A stretch of DNA of 64,000 nt, taken from Candidatus Bathyarchaeota archaeon. Its GTDB lineage: Archaea > Thermoproteota > Bathyarchaeia > Bathyarchaeales > DTEX01. Under the pieces are notes generated by a model. It made no database searches. It was given only the letters and a program-made list of their open reading frames with translations, and was not told the DNA's origin. Shown here piece after piece: positions 1 through 9,134 of this stretch. Every line of letters starts with the position of its first letter. Positions within the stretch are counted from its first letter, which is position 1. The stretch covers positions 470,591 through 534,590 of the forward strand of contig CAVQNT010000006.1 in the NCBI GenBank assembly GCA_963714275.1, given 5' to 3'. The translations under genes were made by a program, and so were the position numbers.

Positions 1-3
1 GAA

Positions 4-104
4 ACCGTATACGCTAGTTATCAGCAAACTGAAGATTCATTTTATTTTTTTTCGTTTTCTCTTTTTAATATATTAATGCACAGCTCATCCAGAAGCTGAC
101 TAGA
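4..104 (+). repeat. About 100-bp duplicated segment (copy A), near-identical to 5018-5120
   Basis: accgtatacgctagttatcagcaaactgaagattcattttattttttttcgttttctc... matches 5018-5120 with only a few indels or mismatches. In copy B this is the last codons of the CxxC zinc-ribbon gene plus its T-rich downstream region. Confidence 0.85.
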
Positions 105-677
105 TATCAAAGGCTAATCTCTAACTGGGCGGTTGCAAACGGTATTCAACGAATCTCTGTATAACTTAAGCCTGATCTTTTCATCATCTTAAATAAGCTA
201 CTTCGATGGTGATGGCTGGATTCTACCTTTTCGGAGAAGCTCACTGACTTCATATCAAAAACCATTTGGTTAGCTACATTAATATTCGTGGTCCTTCATT
301 GTAACCTCGGCAGTTAGGATTTGGCAAGTGAAAAGGCCGGACGCCACAAAACGTTTGGTCGTTTTCAGTTCTATAATCCGACTGAGCGAGAGTTGGCGAG
401 GAAAGCAGTCTTGAGAAGACAAATGGGGAGCGCGCGAAAACCGTATTGGAGAGGTAGGGGAAGAATTCCCGGTAGGGGAAGCGCGTACAAACATGTCAAG
501 GCTCTCGAATACCTTGCCATACTAGCTGTAAAAAACAGTGTTGATGCAGTCGAGTTTTTTGACAGCATTGTGGAAGCTTGGAAGAAAGATGAGTCACAAT
601 GCAAACAGCTAACGGTTAGGTGCCGAGAGAGGGCAAGAGACTCAGCGGTCTTTTTATTCATCGCGACTCACAACACT

Positions 678-1097
678 ATGGCTCAATTTTCCGTGCCGAC
701 TGCTGTCTTACAAGGAGATAAGAGTCAGCTTGAACCTTACGTGAAAACCCTTGCCTCGAGAGCTCCGTCGACCGAAGAGAATGCGAAACCCCAGATTAAG
801 GATTTGATAGCGGGAATGAAAAAGGTCAACCTGAAGGTTAAGGTGCTTGAGATTCCAGAACCGAATGCGATCTATACAAGATATGGCATAGAATCTCATG
901 TCACAAACGTACTTGTAGGGGACCAAACTGGAACAATAAGAATGTGTTTGTGGAACGAATATATCAAAACTGTTTCTAAGCACGACATAATTGAGATCGA
1001 AAACGGCGAAGTAGCCAATTACAGAGGCGAACTACAGCTAAGAATCAGGAGAAACGGAAACCTAAACGTTATCAAAAGAACTAGCTCACTCAGCTAG
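678..1097 (+). CDS. OB-fold nucleic-acid-binding protein (single OB domain, SSB/RPA-like)
   Basis: C-terminal about 95 aa (VNLKVKVLEIPEPNAIYTRYGIESHVTNVLVGDQTGTIRMCLWNEYIKTVSKHDIIEIENGEVANYRGELQLRI) has the typical archaeal OB-fold pattern. The frame is open from 321, so the start is uncertain; ATG at 678 was chosen. Confidence 0.55.
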   Translation: MAQFSVPTAVLQGDKSQLEPYVKTLASRAPSTEENAKPQIKDLIAGMKKVNLKVKVLEIPEPNAIYTRYGIESHVTNVLVGDQTGTIRMCLWNEYIKTVSKHDIIEIENGEVANYRGELQLRIRRNGNLNVIKRTSSLS

Positions 1098-1170
1098 AAT
1101 CAGATAAAGATTTTTCATAAAATAATAGCTCAGCTTGCCTTTGTCAAACAAGTCTTAAAGAGGTGTCTTA

Positions 1171-1479
1171 TTATTGTGTCAAGGTTATTTCGATCGTTGA
1201 TATGTTCCTGCTTTTACTTTCGCCTTCTCTCGGCGGCATCTCCTCCGTTCCTATGCTGATTTTGCTTACATTCAGTTCTTTCATGAATCTATGCCTCACT
1301 ATTTCGGCTGCGTCAACAGCGGTGTTTATTGCTTGTCCTCTCGCCTTCAACGTAACTTCCTTAACGTTTGGTCCAGCGAAACTCGCCATGATCCCCAAAA
1401 CATAACTCATTGGCGGTTTCATGCCCACAAACATAACTTTTGGCTCACTAGACATGACTCTGACTTCCCAACCTGTCAC
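1171..1479 (-). CDS. albA: DNA/RNA-binding chromatin protein Alba
   Basis: VMFVGMKPPMSYVLGIMASFAGPNVKEVTLKARGQAINTAVDAAEIVRHRF...SRNISTIEITL matches the Alba/Sso10b signature. The true start is probably the internal ATG at 1455. Confidence 0.9.
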   Translation of the reverse strand: MTGWEVRVMSSEPKVMFVGMKPPMSYVLGIMASFAGPNVKEVTLKARGQAINTAVDAAEIVRHRFMKELNVSKISIGTEEMPPREGESKSRNISTIEITLTQ

Positions 1480-1578
1480 TCTGATAATACAGCAGACGGC
1501 TCCGCTTTTTAAGCCTTCGCAAAGTTAGTTAGCTCACTTAACATTAGATTGCTCTGGTTCTTTTTTGGGTGTGGCAGA

Positions 1579-2589
1579 TTATTCATTTAGTTCGTTCCTA
1601 AGTTGCTTGGTCTTCTCGGATAGGAACTCAACGATCTTCTTGTTGTCAAAGTGCGCTAGAGGTTTACCGCATTTGGGGCATCGGAAAACGTGGTTTATTG
1701 CTTCCTCAAAGGGAAGGCGTCTACAACCAAGCGTGTAACAACTGTAGAAGTCGTGGTTCTTTTCGTATTCCAGTCTTGTCTCAAGCTTTTCAAGAATGTG
1801 TTTCTTTTGGTTTGTCAAGAAGCCTTCGATTTGGTCTGGTTGGAGCCTCCAACGAAAATTGAACCATCCTGTGTTCTTGTCTCGGGTTCTTTGTAGGACT
1901 ACGAGGGAATGATCATAAAGCTTGTAAAGGATCTTGCGAACCGTATTCAGTTTGACGCCGCTTTTAGCTGTAATTTCCATGTCTGTAGTTTCGTCTACAT
2001 GGCTGAGTACCTCAACTATTTTGACGGCTTCTTCACCACCCAGAACTCTTGCCACTTTCATTACAGTATCATGGTTCACAAGGTTTTGTCGCCAGCTCCT
2101 CCAACCTGTCTTTACAAGTTTCTCCCTGATTTTGGGTGCTTCAGCGACCCATTCTAGGAGTGTCCAGAAACGTCTTTCGTCTTTCAGCCTTTCCGGTGGT
2201 ACGCCTGCTTCCACACACCATTTTATGTAGCCTTTCTCAACTCTCGTTCGGAGTTCGCCTGTGCTTTCCACTTCTGCCACACTGAATCCTCTATCCTTCA
2301 AGTATCTACGTAAGCCAAATAGAATGTGTCCAGAAAGAGCATGTGCCACTTTGAAATGCGTTTCCCCATCAGCCTGCATCGCATCAACGATCTCTTCAGC
2401 AATTTTGACAGCGTCATCCAGATACCGTTTATTCTCGAAATCTGGGGGCTGAAAGGATGAAGATGGAATCCTGCGTTCCATATATTCGTGGTCTGGGAGT
2501 TTTAGAGCTCCAATCACTACACCTAAGATTAGGTCTCCCCACCCAGCGCCATCTATTAAAATCTCGTTTTCTGACATAAGCAAATCCAA
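1579..2589 (-). CDS. tfe: Transcription factor E (TFE alpha, TFIIE-alpha homolog) with an about 170-aa unrecognised N-terminal extension in the same frame
   Basis: The C-terminal half has a winged helix (VARVLGGEEAVKIVEVL...TVRKILYKLYDHSLV...RDKNTGWFNFRWRL) and a zinc ribbon (CYTLGC...FRCPKCGKPL). The N-terminal part (ILIDGAGWGDLILGVVIGA...) was not recognised. Confidence 0.8.
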   Translation of the reverse strand: MDLLMSENEILIDGAGWGDLILGVVIGALKLPDHEYMERRIPSSSFQPPDFENKRYLDDAVKIAEEIVDAMQADGETHFKVAHALSGHILFGLRRYLKDRGFSVAEVESTGELRTRVEKGYIKWCVEAGVPPERLKDERRFWTLLEWVAEAPKIREKLVKTGWRSWRQNLVNHDTVMKVARVLGGEEAVKIVEVLSHVDETTDMEITAKSGVKLNTVRKILYKLYDHSLVVLQRTRDKNTGWFNFRWRLQPDQIEGFLTNQKKHILEKLETRLEYEKNHDFYSCYTLGCRRLPFEEAINHVFRCPKCGKPLAHFDNKKIVEFLSEKTKQLRNELNE

Positions 2590-2740
2590 GTCCGAGACCT
2601 AAACTGCCAGAATTCTAGCTAGGTCCTTACCTTTCAATCGTGTTCGCTGCTTTACTAAATAATTGGGAACAAATCTGAAAAACCTTTCCTTTCTGACTTT
2701 GCAACTTCATTCAACACTAGAAGAAAAAATGAGTAGTTAG

Positions 2741-3022
2741 CTAGGGAAGGCATTGTTTCAGCACTGAGCTAGCAGTAGCCAACCCACCATTTAAAAGAGA
2801 TGACCGATGGGCTTCTTCCTTCTGACTACCAACGATAGCCGACCCGCCAGAAACCTCTTGATATGTTTCCCTGAGTAATTCCATTTGTTCCAAAATGTCT
2901 TTAACTAATTCAGAAACTTCTTCTTCAGTTAGTTCTATGGTGGAGAACGAGATTTCATTTGCATTAATGGAGACATCGAAAAGTCTTCCGTCTTCACTTG
3001 AAACATAGGGTTGGACTTTCAT
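2741..3022 (-). CDS. Hypothetical protein (93 aa)
   Basis: ORF whose start overlaps the stop of the upstream ORF by ATGA (3019-3022), consistent with operon coupling. No family recognised. Confidence 0.5.
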   Translation of the reverse strand: MKVQPYVSSEDGRLFDVSINANEISFSTIELTEEEVSELVKDILEQMELLRETYQEVSGGSAIVGSQKEEAHRSSLLNGGLATASSVLKQCLP

Positions 3023-3216
3023 GTTGTTGTCTCCTCAACTTCCCATTCATTTACAATATAGTTAATGTCTTGGTCTGTAATATCGTTAGGGTCTCTATAA
3101 TGTTGATGTTCCTCTGCAAATTTATCCGCAGCATCCTTAGAAGCAAATATTTTCACAAGGTTTCTCGCATATCCCCGTCCTAAAGGACAATTACACCAAA
3201 CAAGATATATTCTCAC
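3019..3216 (-). CDS. Hypothetical small protein (65 aa)
   Basis: ORF tightly packed between 3220-3513 and 2741-3022 on the same strand. No family recognised. Confidence 0.5.
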   Translation of the reverse strand: MRIYLVWCNCPLGRGYARNLVKIFASKDAADKFAEEHQHYRDPNDITDQDINYIVNEWEVEETTT

Positions 3217-3219
3217 TTA

Positions 3220-3513
3220 TCAAACACTTCCTCGACTTTTAGAATTGCTAAATTTCTGAATTATGTAGCTAGCTGCTTCTTTGTTCTTATGGTGTTCCAT
3301 GAGACAGATGGGATCACCAATCTTAAACAGCTTGTTGCATCCGTCGCATTGCTTGATTTTATCCTCGAGTTCTGTGTAGATGGAGCAGTGAATATAGTTC
3401 GTTACGATAAATTCTCTGATTTCAGAGCAGATATTGTACCCGTCACACTTCTTCTTTGCCTCATCAGCTTCAGGTTTTTTGGACTCAATGTACTCTATCC
3501 TCCCAAGTTTTTC
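3220..3513 (-). CDS. Cys-rich small protein; open frame without a canonical start codon
   Basis: 97-codon open frame (…KKKCDGYNICSEIREFIVTNYIHCSIYTELEDKIKQCDGCNKLFKIGDPICLMEHH…) ending 4 nt before the next gene start. A GGGAGGA SD-like motif lies at its 5-prime end, but there is no in-frame ATG/GTG/TTG there. Either an indel in the A6 run or a non-canonical start is possible. Confidence 0.35.
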   Translation of the reverse strand, partial: EKLGRIEYIESKKPEADEAKKKCDGYNICSEIREFIVTNYIHCSIYTELEDKIKQCDGCNKLFKIGDPICLMEHHKNKEAASYIIQKFSNSKSRGSV

Positions 3514-3606
3514 TTAAATCTCTTTAATATCTTTCGCGTATTTAATAATCAGAAGCGCGCTAAATTAAATTTACTAGAAGTCTTAATCTTGCTTTTAGTG
3601 GTTATT

Positions 3607-3981
3607 ATGACCGAGATATCAGAAAGGAACAGGGAATGCGCACTCAAAGTTTTGGAAGAGTTAGGCTATGAAAAGGTGTCCATACCCAATTCTCCAATAA
3701 TAGGGGCATGCTGTGACATAAGTATCAAAAAGGAAAGGAGTCTGGAGTTTTGTGTAATGTGCGAATATCCATATAAAGAATTTAAGAAATGGATGGGAAA
3801 AGGATCGCCAGAAATAAGTCTACAGGAAGTGCAAGAGCGATTAGGTAAATTGAATGGTCTCCTCAAAAAATGCATTGAACATGGTGGCAGCCAAAAAAAG
3901 AAAAAGGTTGAACAAACAAGACGGTTTCAAAAGGGTAAACAACCAAGATGGTTTCAACCCAAACTTCCCAAAGGTTTATAG
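3607..3981 (+). CDS. Hypothetical protein (124 aa, Lys-rich C-terminus)
   Basis: ATG at 3607 follows an AT-rich promoter-like stretch (ctaaattaaatttac). The upstream part of the 3289-3981 ORF is antisense to the Cys-rich ORF and looks non-coding. Confidence 0.5.
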   Translation: MTEISERNRECALKVLEELGYEKVSIPNSPIIGACCDISIKKERSLEFCVMCEYPYKEFKKWMGKGSPEISLQEVQERLGKLNGLLKKCIEHGGSQKKKKVEQTRRFQKGKQPRWFQPKLPKGL

Positions 3982-4327
3982 TTTTTTTCATAAAAAAATG
4001 AACTGGTAAAAACAAAAAACACGCGCAATCTTTCGGAATCAACGATATTTTCATGTTAACCCAGTAACTTTCGAGAACGTCGTAAAAACCACGATTAAGT
4101 TTGACCCTGACATTCTCGCTCCCTTCGAACTTGAAGTAGAACCAAAGATGGATAGTCTACAAGACCCTGACACGCGAGTAGCGAGGTGTACATTCTTCTC
4201 TTTTTATCACTACGTTCTATAGAGTCTAATATGCAGACTGTATTAACTGCAGCGACATCAGGTCTGTGATTTTAGGATCGTTCAGGTATTCCCTTTTCGC
4301 TTTCTATATTCTGGAAAGACTTTCAGT

Positions 4328-4350
4328 ATTTAATTTTAATGCACACACAC
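4328..4350 (-). repeat. Intergenic motif family, partial copy (GTGTGTGTGCATTAAAATTAAAT on minus strand)
   Basis: Shares the TGTGTGC + TTAAAATT(T)AA core with 21004-21034 and 39873-39919. Confidence 0.5.
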
Positions 4351-4491
4351 AAAATTGCATCCCGCATCTTTTCTTCTTATGATGATCTTGGATGCTAAAG
4401 CGTTAAGTAGGTTTGTTAGGATAGATAGGAGAGAACAAGTTCTAGTCAAGCGAGAACCACCAAGAAATATAGAAAAAAAGAGAAAAGAAAA

Positions 4492-4641
4492 ATGAAGAAA
4501 TCAGCAAAGGAAAGAAAAAGAAGGGAAAGGGCTCTTAAAAGATGGAAGAAAAGAAGTTGGTTAACGAAGAGTCTAAAGAATAAGAGAATTTCTCTAGATC
4601 TAGTAAGGAGAAAAGCTGAACAAGAACAAGTAAAACCATAG
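4492..4641 (+). CDS. Possible very basic 49-aa protein
   Basis: ATG..TAG frame MKKSAKERKRRERALKRWKKRSWLTKSLKNKRISLDLVRRKAEQEQVKP in an A/G-rich tract. It is too short for the ORF track and has no homology evidence. Confidence 0.25.
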   Translation: MKKSAKERKRRERALKRWKKRSWLTKSLKNKRISLDLVRRKAEQEQVKP

Positions 4642-4644
4642 TAA

Positions 4645-4674
4645 GTGTTAAATTTTAACCCCCAAACCCACACA
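4645..4674 (+). repeat. Intergenic motif family copy (GTGTTAAATTTTAACCCCCAAACCCACACA)
   Basis: Lies immediately after the stop at 4641. Shares the TTAAA(A)TTTAA + CCCCAAACCC core with 5490-5518 and 39873-39919. Confidence 0.55.
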
Positions 4675-4860
4675 GTACACTTGAAATTCTTTGCCATTGT
4701 ATCCAAAATTAGCAAGTTTTCAGCTAACCATATTAAGTTTTTTAACTTCGTCATGGATAAGTTTAAAAGAGAGGGCAACGTCTCTCTGAGATTACGCAGG
4801 AAGCAAAGCTTCTAGAATTAGACTTTATTCTTGCAAACAAAAAATAGGAGTGAAAACAAC

Positions 4861-5031
4861 ATGGAAAGTCGTGAAATGCACAAAGCAGTTTGCGCCGAGT
4901 GCGGTAAAGAATGCGAAGTTCCCTTCAAACCCGACGGCACAAGACCAGTATACTGCAGAGAGTGCTTTGCAAGAGAAGGCCCGCAAGATCAGATTTTGGC
5001 AGAAGAAGATACTAGACACCGTATACGCTAG
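4861..5031 (+). CDS. CxxC-x17-CxxC zinc-ribbon domain protein
   Basis: CAECGKECEVPFKPDGTRPVYCRECF. ATG at 4861 follows a GGAGTG SD-like motif. The 3-prime end is duplicated at window positions 4-104. Confidence 0.7.
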   Translation: MESREMHKAVCAECGKECEVPFKPDGTRPVYCRECFAREGPQDQILAEEDTRHRIR

Positions 5032-5120
5032 TTATCAGCAAACTGAAGATTCATTTTATTTTTTTTCGTTTTCTCTTTTTTATATATTAAATGCACAGCT
5101 CATCCAGAAAGCTAAGCTTA
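5018..5120 (+). repeat. About 100-bp duplicated segment (copy B) of 4-104
   Basis: Direct by-eye alignment with 4-104. Confidence 0.85.
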
Positions 5121-5206
5121 CTACAGGTATCACATAATTAATAACAGTGGGTAAATATTAAATATGTTTTGTACATTTGTTGGACAGATCTATGAGGGGA
5201 TAAAGT

Positions 5207-5476
5207 ATGTCGAAGGTTTCTAGCGGTGTAGTTATTAGTCATAGTAGAGGCCCAAAAACTCAGAAGCCGAAAGAATATTTGATACAGTTGTCTGGTGTTA
5301 AATCAGTTGGTGAAGCAGGGCAGTTAATTGGGCGAAAGGTAGCTTGGCCACTTGGAGAAAGAAAATGCTTAGGAAAGATCGTTTCTTTGCATGGGAAGAA
5401 CGGACTCGTTAGGGCTCGTTTCAGAAAAGGTGTGCCGGGTCAAGCATTGGGAAGTCTAGTGGAAATAATCGGTTAG
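5207..5476 (+). CDS. rpl35ae: Ribosomal protein L35Ae (eL33)
   Basis: GEAGQLIGRKVAWP...GKIVSLHGKNGLVRARFRKGVPGQALGSLVEI matches the L35Ae signature. Confidence 0.85.
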   Translation: MSKVSSGVVISHSRGPKTQKPKEYLIQLSGVKSVGEAGQLIGRKVAWPLGERKCLGKIVSLHGKNGLVRARFRKGVPGQALGSLVEIIG

Positions 5477-5489
5477 TGAGCTAAGTCAG

Positions 5490-5518
5490 CTAAAATTTAA
5501 TCCCCAAACCCAAAAAAA
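5490..5518 (+). repeat. Intergenic motif family copy (CTAAAATTTAATCCCCAAACCCAAAAAAA)
   Basis: Lies 14 nt after the rpl35ae stop and shares the core with the other copies. Confidence 0.55.
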
Positions 5519-5730
5519 TACGCCATTAGGATAAGCTCCCTATTTTATATACTATTGCAAAGTACATTTAATACAGTTAATGTGAGGGGGCTTGAAGCAG
5601 GGCGTGCTGAAACGCTTAAGATTTTCGCGAAGAGCTATAGGCATTGCTAGCTAGTTTTCCGCTTTGAAGAATATAATTGGACATCATAAATTTTAAGAAT
5701 CCCTTGTTCAGATAAACCAACCAGTGATGC

Positions 5731-6195
5731 ATGTTGAAAAACTTGGAAATTAAGGTATTGACTCCAAAAAACTTTAAGAAATATGGACGAATCCTCTTTC
5801 CGACTGAAGAAGAAAATAAAACAATACATGACCATTCAGTGGCCTACATAGTGCTCGAAAAAGCCGTCTCAAAAGGCTGGCTGATGTCCCATTATTCAGT
5901 GTCAAAAAGGTTCACGGACATCATGGAAAACCATCCCAACACCAAAGAAACTTTTGAGCCACTTTGCGGAGCATCCATCATAATCTTAGCCCACGGTCCA
6001 ACGCCCGAAAACCCCGAAGCTTTTCTGCTCGATAAGCCCGTTGTGCTGTACGAAGGCGTGTGGCACGATGTTCTGGCGCTTTCGGAAAACGCAACAATGC
6101 GGATAAACGAGAACACTGAAGTTCAAAGTGTTCGCCAAAAACTCTCGTTCACAATCAAAGCTAAACTATGCACGGAAACAAACAAAAAAAGATAA
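5731..6195 (+). CDS. Ureidoglycolate lyase-like cupin family protein
   Basis: N-terminal LTPKNFKKYGRIL, MENHPNTKETFEPL (compare ERHPLGTQAFIP in AllA) and VLYEGVWHDVL. Confidence 0.55.
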   Translation: MLKNLEIKVLTPKNFKKYGRILFPTEEENKTIHDHSVAYIVLEKAVSKGWLMSHYSVSKRFTDIMENHPNTKETFEPLCGASIIILAHGPTPENPEAFLLDKPVVLYEGVWHDVLALSENATMRINENTEVQSVRQKLSFTIKAKLCTETNKKR

Positions 6196-6216
6196 ACTTC
6201 AAACACCAATACGAGG

Positions 6217-6744
6217 CTACCTACAGAGTCTCATCATTTCTTTATGGAGACTCAGCACTCTTTCGGCTGAAGGATGGTCTTCGCCCAGCCTATTTTTTAG
6301 CTTCTGAACCGTCTGCCTAATCGGAACCCTTGTCTCACCTTCGACAAGTTTGTCCGCATAAGTCACAATTTTCTCCTCCAAAGTATGCGGAATATACGTT
6401 CCTTCAGGCCAACCGAACTCGCGGGCTTCGTCGTCGCTGATGCCACCGCCGAGATGTCTTTCGATGATGTTAGCCAAACTGTCAGGTAAATCCTGTGAAC
6501 GTGCAATTTTGGCTCCAACAATCGGATGGTTGATGCCGTGAGTTTTAGCCCGACCTAAGTCATGCAGAAGCGCACCGATATGAACCAAATCAACATCGAC
6601 ACGAGCTCCGTTATTAGCACATTTCTTTACCATCTGGACAGCAACCTTCGCCACAGCTTCACAGTGACGAACAACATTCGGTGAACAACCACTTTCCTCA
6701 AGAATCCTAATGGCTTCCTCCGGAGAAGGAAGGGACTTACTCAC
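6217..6744 (-). CDS. HD-domain phosphohydrolase
   Basis: HCEAVAKVA...LHDLGRAKTHGINHPIVGAKIA...ERHLGGG. The GTG start overlaps the stop of the upstream TFE paralog. Confidence 0.8.
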   Translation of the reverse strand: MSKSLPSPEEAIRILEESGCSPNVVRHCEAVAKVAVQMVKKCANNGARVDVDLVHIGALLHDLGRAKTHGINHPIVGAKIARSQDLPDSLANIIERHLGGGISDDEAREFGWPEGTYIPHTLEEKIVTYADKLVEGETRVPIRQTVQKLKNRLGEDHPSAERVLSLHKEMMRLCR

Positions 6745-7256
6745 CTAATTCGCTCCTTATCTGTTCGACCTTTTTGGATAGAAACTCTATTATTTTGCTG
6801 TTGTCGAAATGCATCAAGTGATTGTCGCATTTTGGGCAACGGAAAACGTATTCGGTTGCTTCTTCGAACGGAAGCCGTTTGCACCCCACTGTTTGGCAGA
6901 AATAGAAATCATGGTTCTTCTCGTAGTTCAGCCTAACCTCGAAGCTTCTCCAAAATGTGTTTTTTCTGGTTTGTTAGGAAACCGTCGATCTGGTCAGGCT
7001 GAAGTCGCCAGTGGAATATGAACCATCCCGTGTTTTTGTCTCTTGTCCTTCTCAGCCCCACAATAGAGTGGTCGTACAGTTTGTAAAGAATCTTACGAAC
7101 CATGTTAAGTTTAATTTCAGTTTTGGCTACAATCTCCTCGTCCATGATCTCGTTAACTTGGCTGAGAACCTCAACAATTTTTACTGCTTCGTCGCCACCA
7201 AGGATTTTGGCAACCCTAATCAACGTTTCATGGTTCACAAGGGCCAACAGAATCAC
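6737..7256 (-). CDS. tfe: Second TFE alpha paralog, frame broken near 6940
   Basis: 6933-7256 encodes the winged helix (VAKILGGDEAVKIVEVL...RDKNTGWFIFHWRL...KKHILEKL). The zinc ribbon (EVRLNYEKNHDFYFCQTVGC...FRCPKCDNHLMHFDN...) continues in another frame down to TAA at 6737. One extra base in CTT-C-GAG explains the break. About 70% identical to the TFE part of 1579-2589. Confidence 0.8.
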
Positions 7257-7338
7257 CGATGCTCTTGCCTAATGACATCGTACAATAATGGATCTTTACA
7301 AACTTAAACTAATCGCCAAAAAACACAAAATTACCAAA

Positions 7339-7882
7339 CTATAGGCTCGTTTTAACGACCTTTTTCCCTTTAGCTTGAGGAACAATCTTATTCTCAGCAC
7401 TTTCATGTTGTTTCAAAAGTTCTTTTCCTTCGAATAATTCATGCAAAAAAACACCCAATGCGCTTACCTCAGAGTGGGGTTGAGAAGTCACCGAAACATT
7501 CCAGTCTGCCAGGCTCATAAGCAGATCCGGGAACTTTGGCACCTCCAACAACAATGAACTTGTTCTTCAGGGAAACCTTTATTTCGTCAATGACTTCCTG
7601 CACTGGCAACCCATACATCGTCAAATGTATAATGTCTCCGCCACCGTGTTTCCATTCCTTAACTGTCTGCTTCCAATTATGACAAAATTTAACCTCGAAG
7701 CATCCGCCCCAAGACTTGTTCACTTTCTCGACGCTTCTTTCAACTTTTTCGTCGCGTTCTCCACTGTAAAATACGCCGTCCGCCCCAAAGGCTCTAGCTG
7801 CAAGAAACAAATGCGTCGTTACCCGTTTGTCGCGTTCAGACCTGTGGTTTAACCTGAGAACCCAGATTTTCGGTTTGTCCAA
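7339..7882 (-). CDS. trm56: tRNA (cytidine56-2-prime-O)-methyltransferase aTrm56, frame broken near 7530
   Basis: LRLNHRSERDKRVTTHLFLAARAFGADG...HLTMYG...VVGGAKVP, then in a second frame DLLMSLADWNVSVTSQPHSEVSALGVFLHEL...IVPQAKGKKV. The break lies in a CCC/GG run. Confidence 0.85.
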
Positions 7883-9087
7883 GTCTAAAAACTCCGCCTA
7901 GCTTTTCCGTGTCGTATCTAATTTTTTCCGTTATTTGAGGAGACGCGCCAAACGCGACATTCACGAAGCCTTCCTCATACTCTACGTTCTGCACTTTAGC
8001 ATGGTCGTAAATCCAAGACAAAAGTGAAAGCGACTTCTCTGTTGTTGGCAATGTGACGAAAGAATACATGTAATGAATCAAGTTTTTGTTCATTTCATTT
8101 TCCAAAAAGTCCAAATTTGTTCTGTAAAGCGCGGAAATTGGCACAATGCTTGTCAAGCGGTCTTTCAGATTTTCCGTTCTTTCATTCAAAGTCTCAGCCG
8201 AGATCAAGTCAATCTTGTTCAACACAGTGATAATTGGGACGCTGCCTGCGCCTATCTCCCGAATCGTGTCGAGGCAGCAAGACAATTTTCTTTCAATCTC
8301 GTCCTGAGGCTCGCTAACATCGACGACTAACAGTATCAAGTCGGACAAGATCGTCTCCTCCAGAGTCGAATAGAAGGCTTCCACAAGCGTTAACGGAAGG
8401 TTGTCGATGAACCCAACCGTGTCTGTTAACAATATTTTCTTATCATGGACGTTGATGGCTCGGGTCGTGGTGGAAAGAGTCGTAAACAAACCCACATTCA
8501 CGGGCACATTCTCCACAGCAAGGGCGTTGAACAAGGTGCTTTTCCCAGAACTCGTGTAGCCCGCCAGAGAAGCAGATTGAAAACCTTGCTTTTGCCTTCT
8601 GGTTCTGTGCAGTCTTCTAGTTTTTCGTATGTCTCGAAGTTTTTCCTCGATGTTCAGAACTTGGCGTTTAACGCTATCGTGGTAAACGTCCACCTCGTAT
8701 TTGCCTAAACCATGGAAGCCCGGCTGTTCGCCTAACCTTGTCAGCCTCACCTTTTGCCTTGCGTGGGCAAGCTCATGTCGCCATCTTGCTAGTCTCAATT
8801 TGGAGGTTAGCCTCTTCTGTTGAAGCCCTTTTCTGGAAAATCTCGAGGATCAGTTGAAGCCTGTCTATTACCTCGACGCCGACAGCTTTGGCGAGGTTGT
8901 AAACCTGAATAATCTTCAGTTCGTTGCCAAAGACTATTTTTTCAGCGTTAAGCTCTTTAGCCATTTCTGCAAGTTCTTCTACTTTTCCGCTGCCTATTTG
9001 AAAACGTGAACTGGGACGGGTGACCTGTTCAAGTGACCCAACTACCTCGTATCCTGCTGCTTCTGCGAGGGTCTTTAGTTCGTCCAT
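7836..9087 (-). CDS. hflX: GTPase HflX, frame broken near 8785
   Basis: N-terminal HflX domain (8773-9087) and G domain (SLAGYTSSGKSTLFNAL, LLTDTVGF, LNKID) are in different frames. N-terminal similarity seems to extend to about 9130 with no canonical start there. Confidence 0.85.
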
Positions 9088-9134
9088 GTGGGATTTTTCA
9101 GATTGGTCTCTACGGTTAACTATGATTGCCCTCG

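Noticed and set aside
3289-3606. N-terminal 106 codons of the plus-strand ORF 3289-3981
   Set aside because: This part has hydrophobic, low-information translation and overlaps the minus-strand Cys-rich frame that fits the operon spacing. A good ATG and promoter-like context exists at 3607.
4376-4440. C/D box sRNA (ATGATGA at about 4379)
   Set aside because: No CTGA D box lies at the expected 50-60 nt distance, and no terminal pairing is present.
4446-4778. 110-aa minus-strand ORF
   Set aside because: It is the antisense of an A/G-rich low-complexity tract and gives a Phe/Leu-rich nonsense-like translation. The short plus-strand basic ORF (4492-4641) is at least as plausible.
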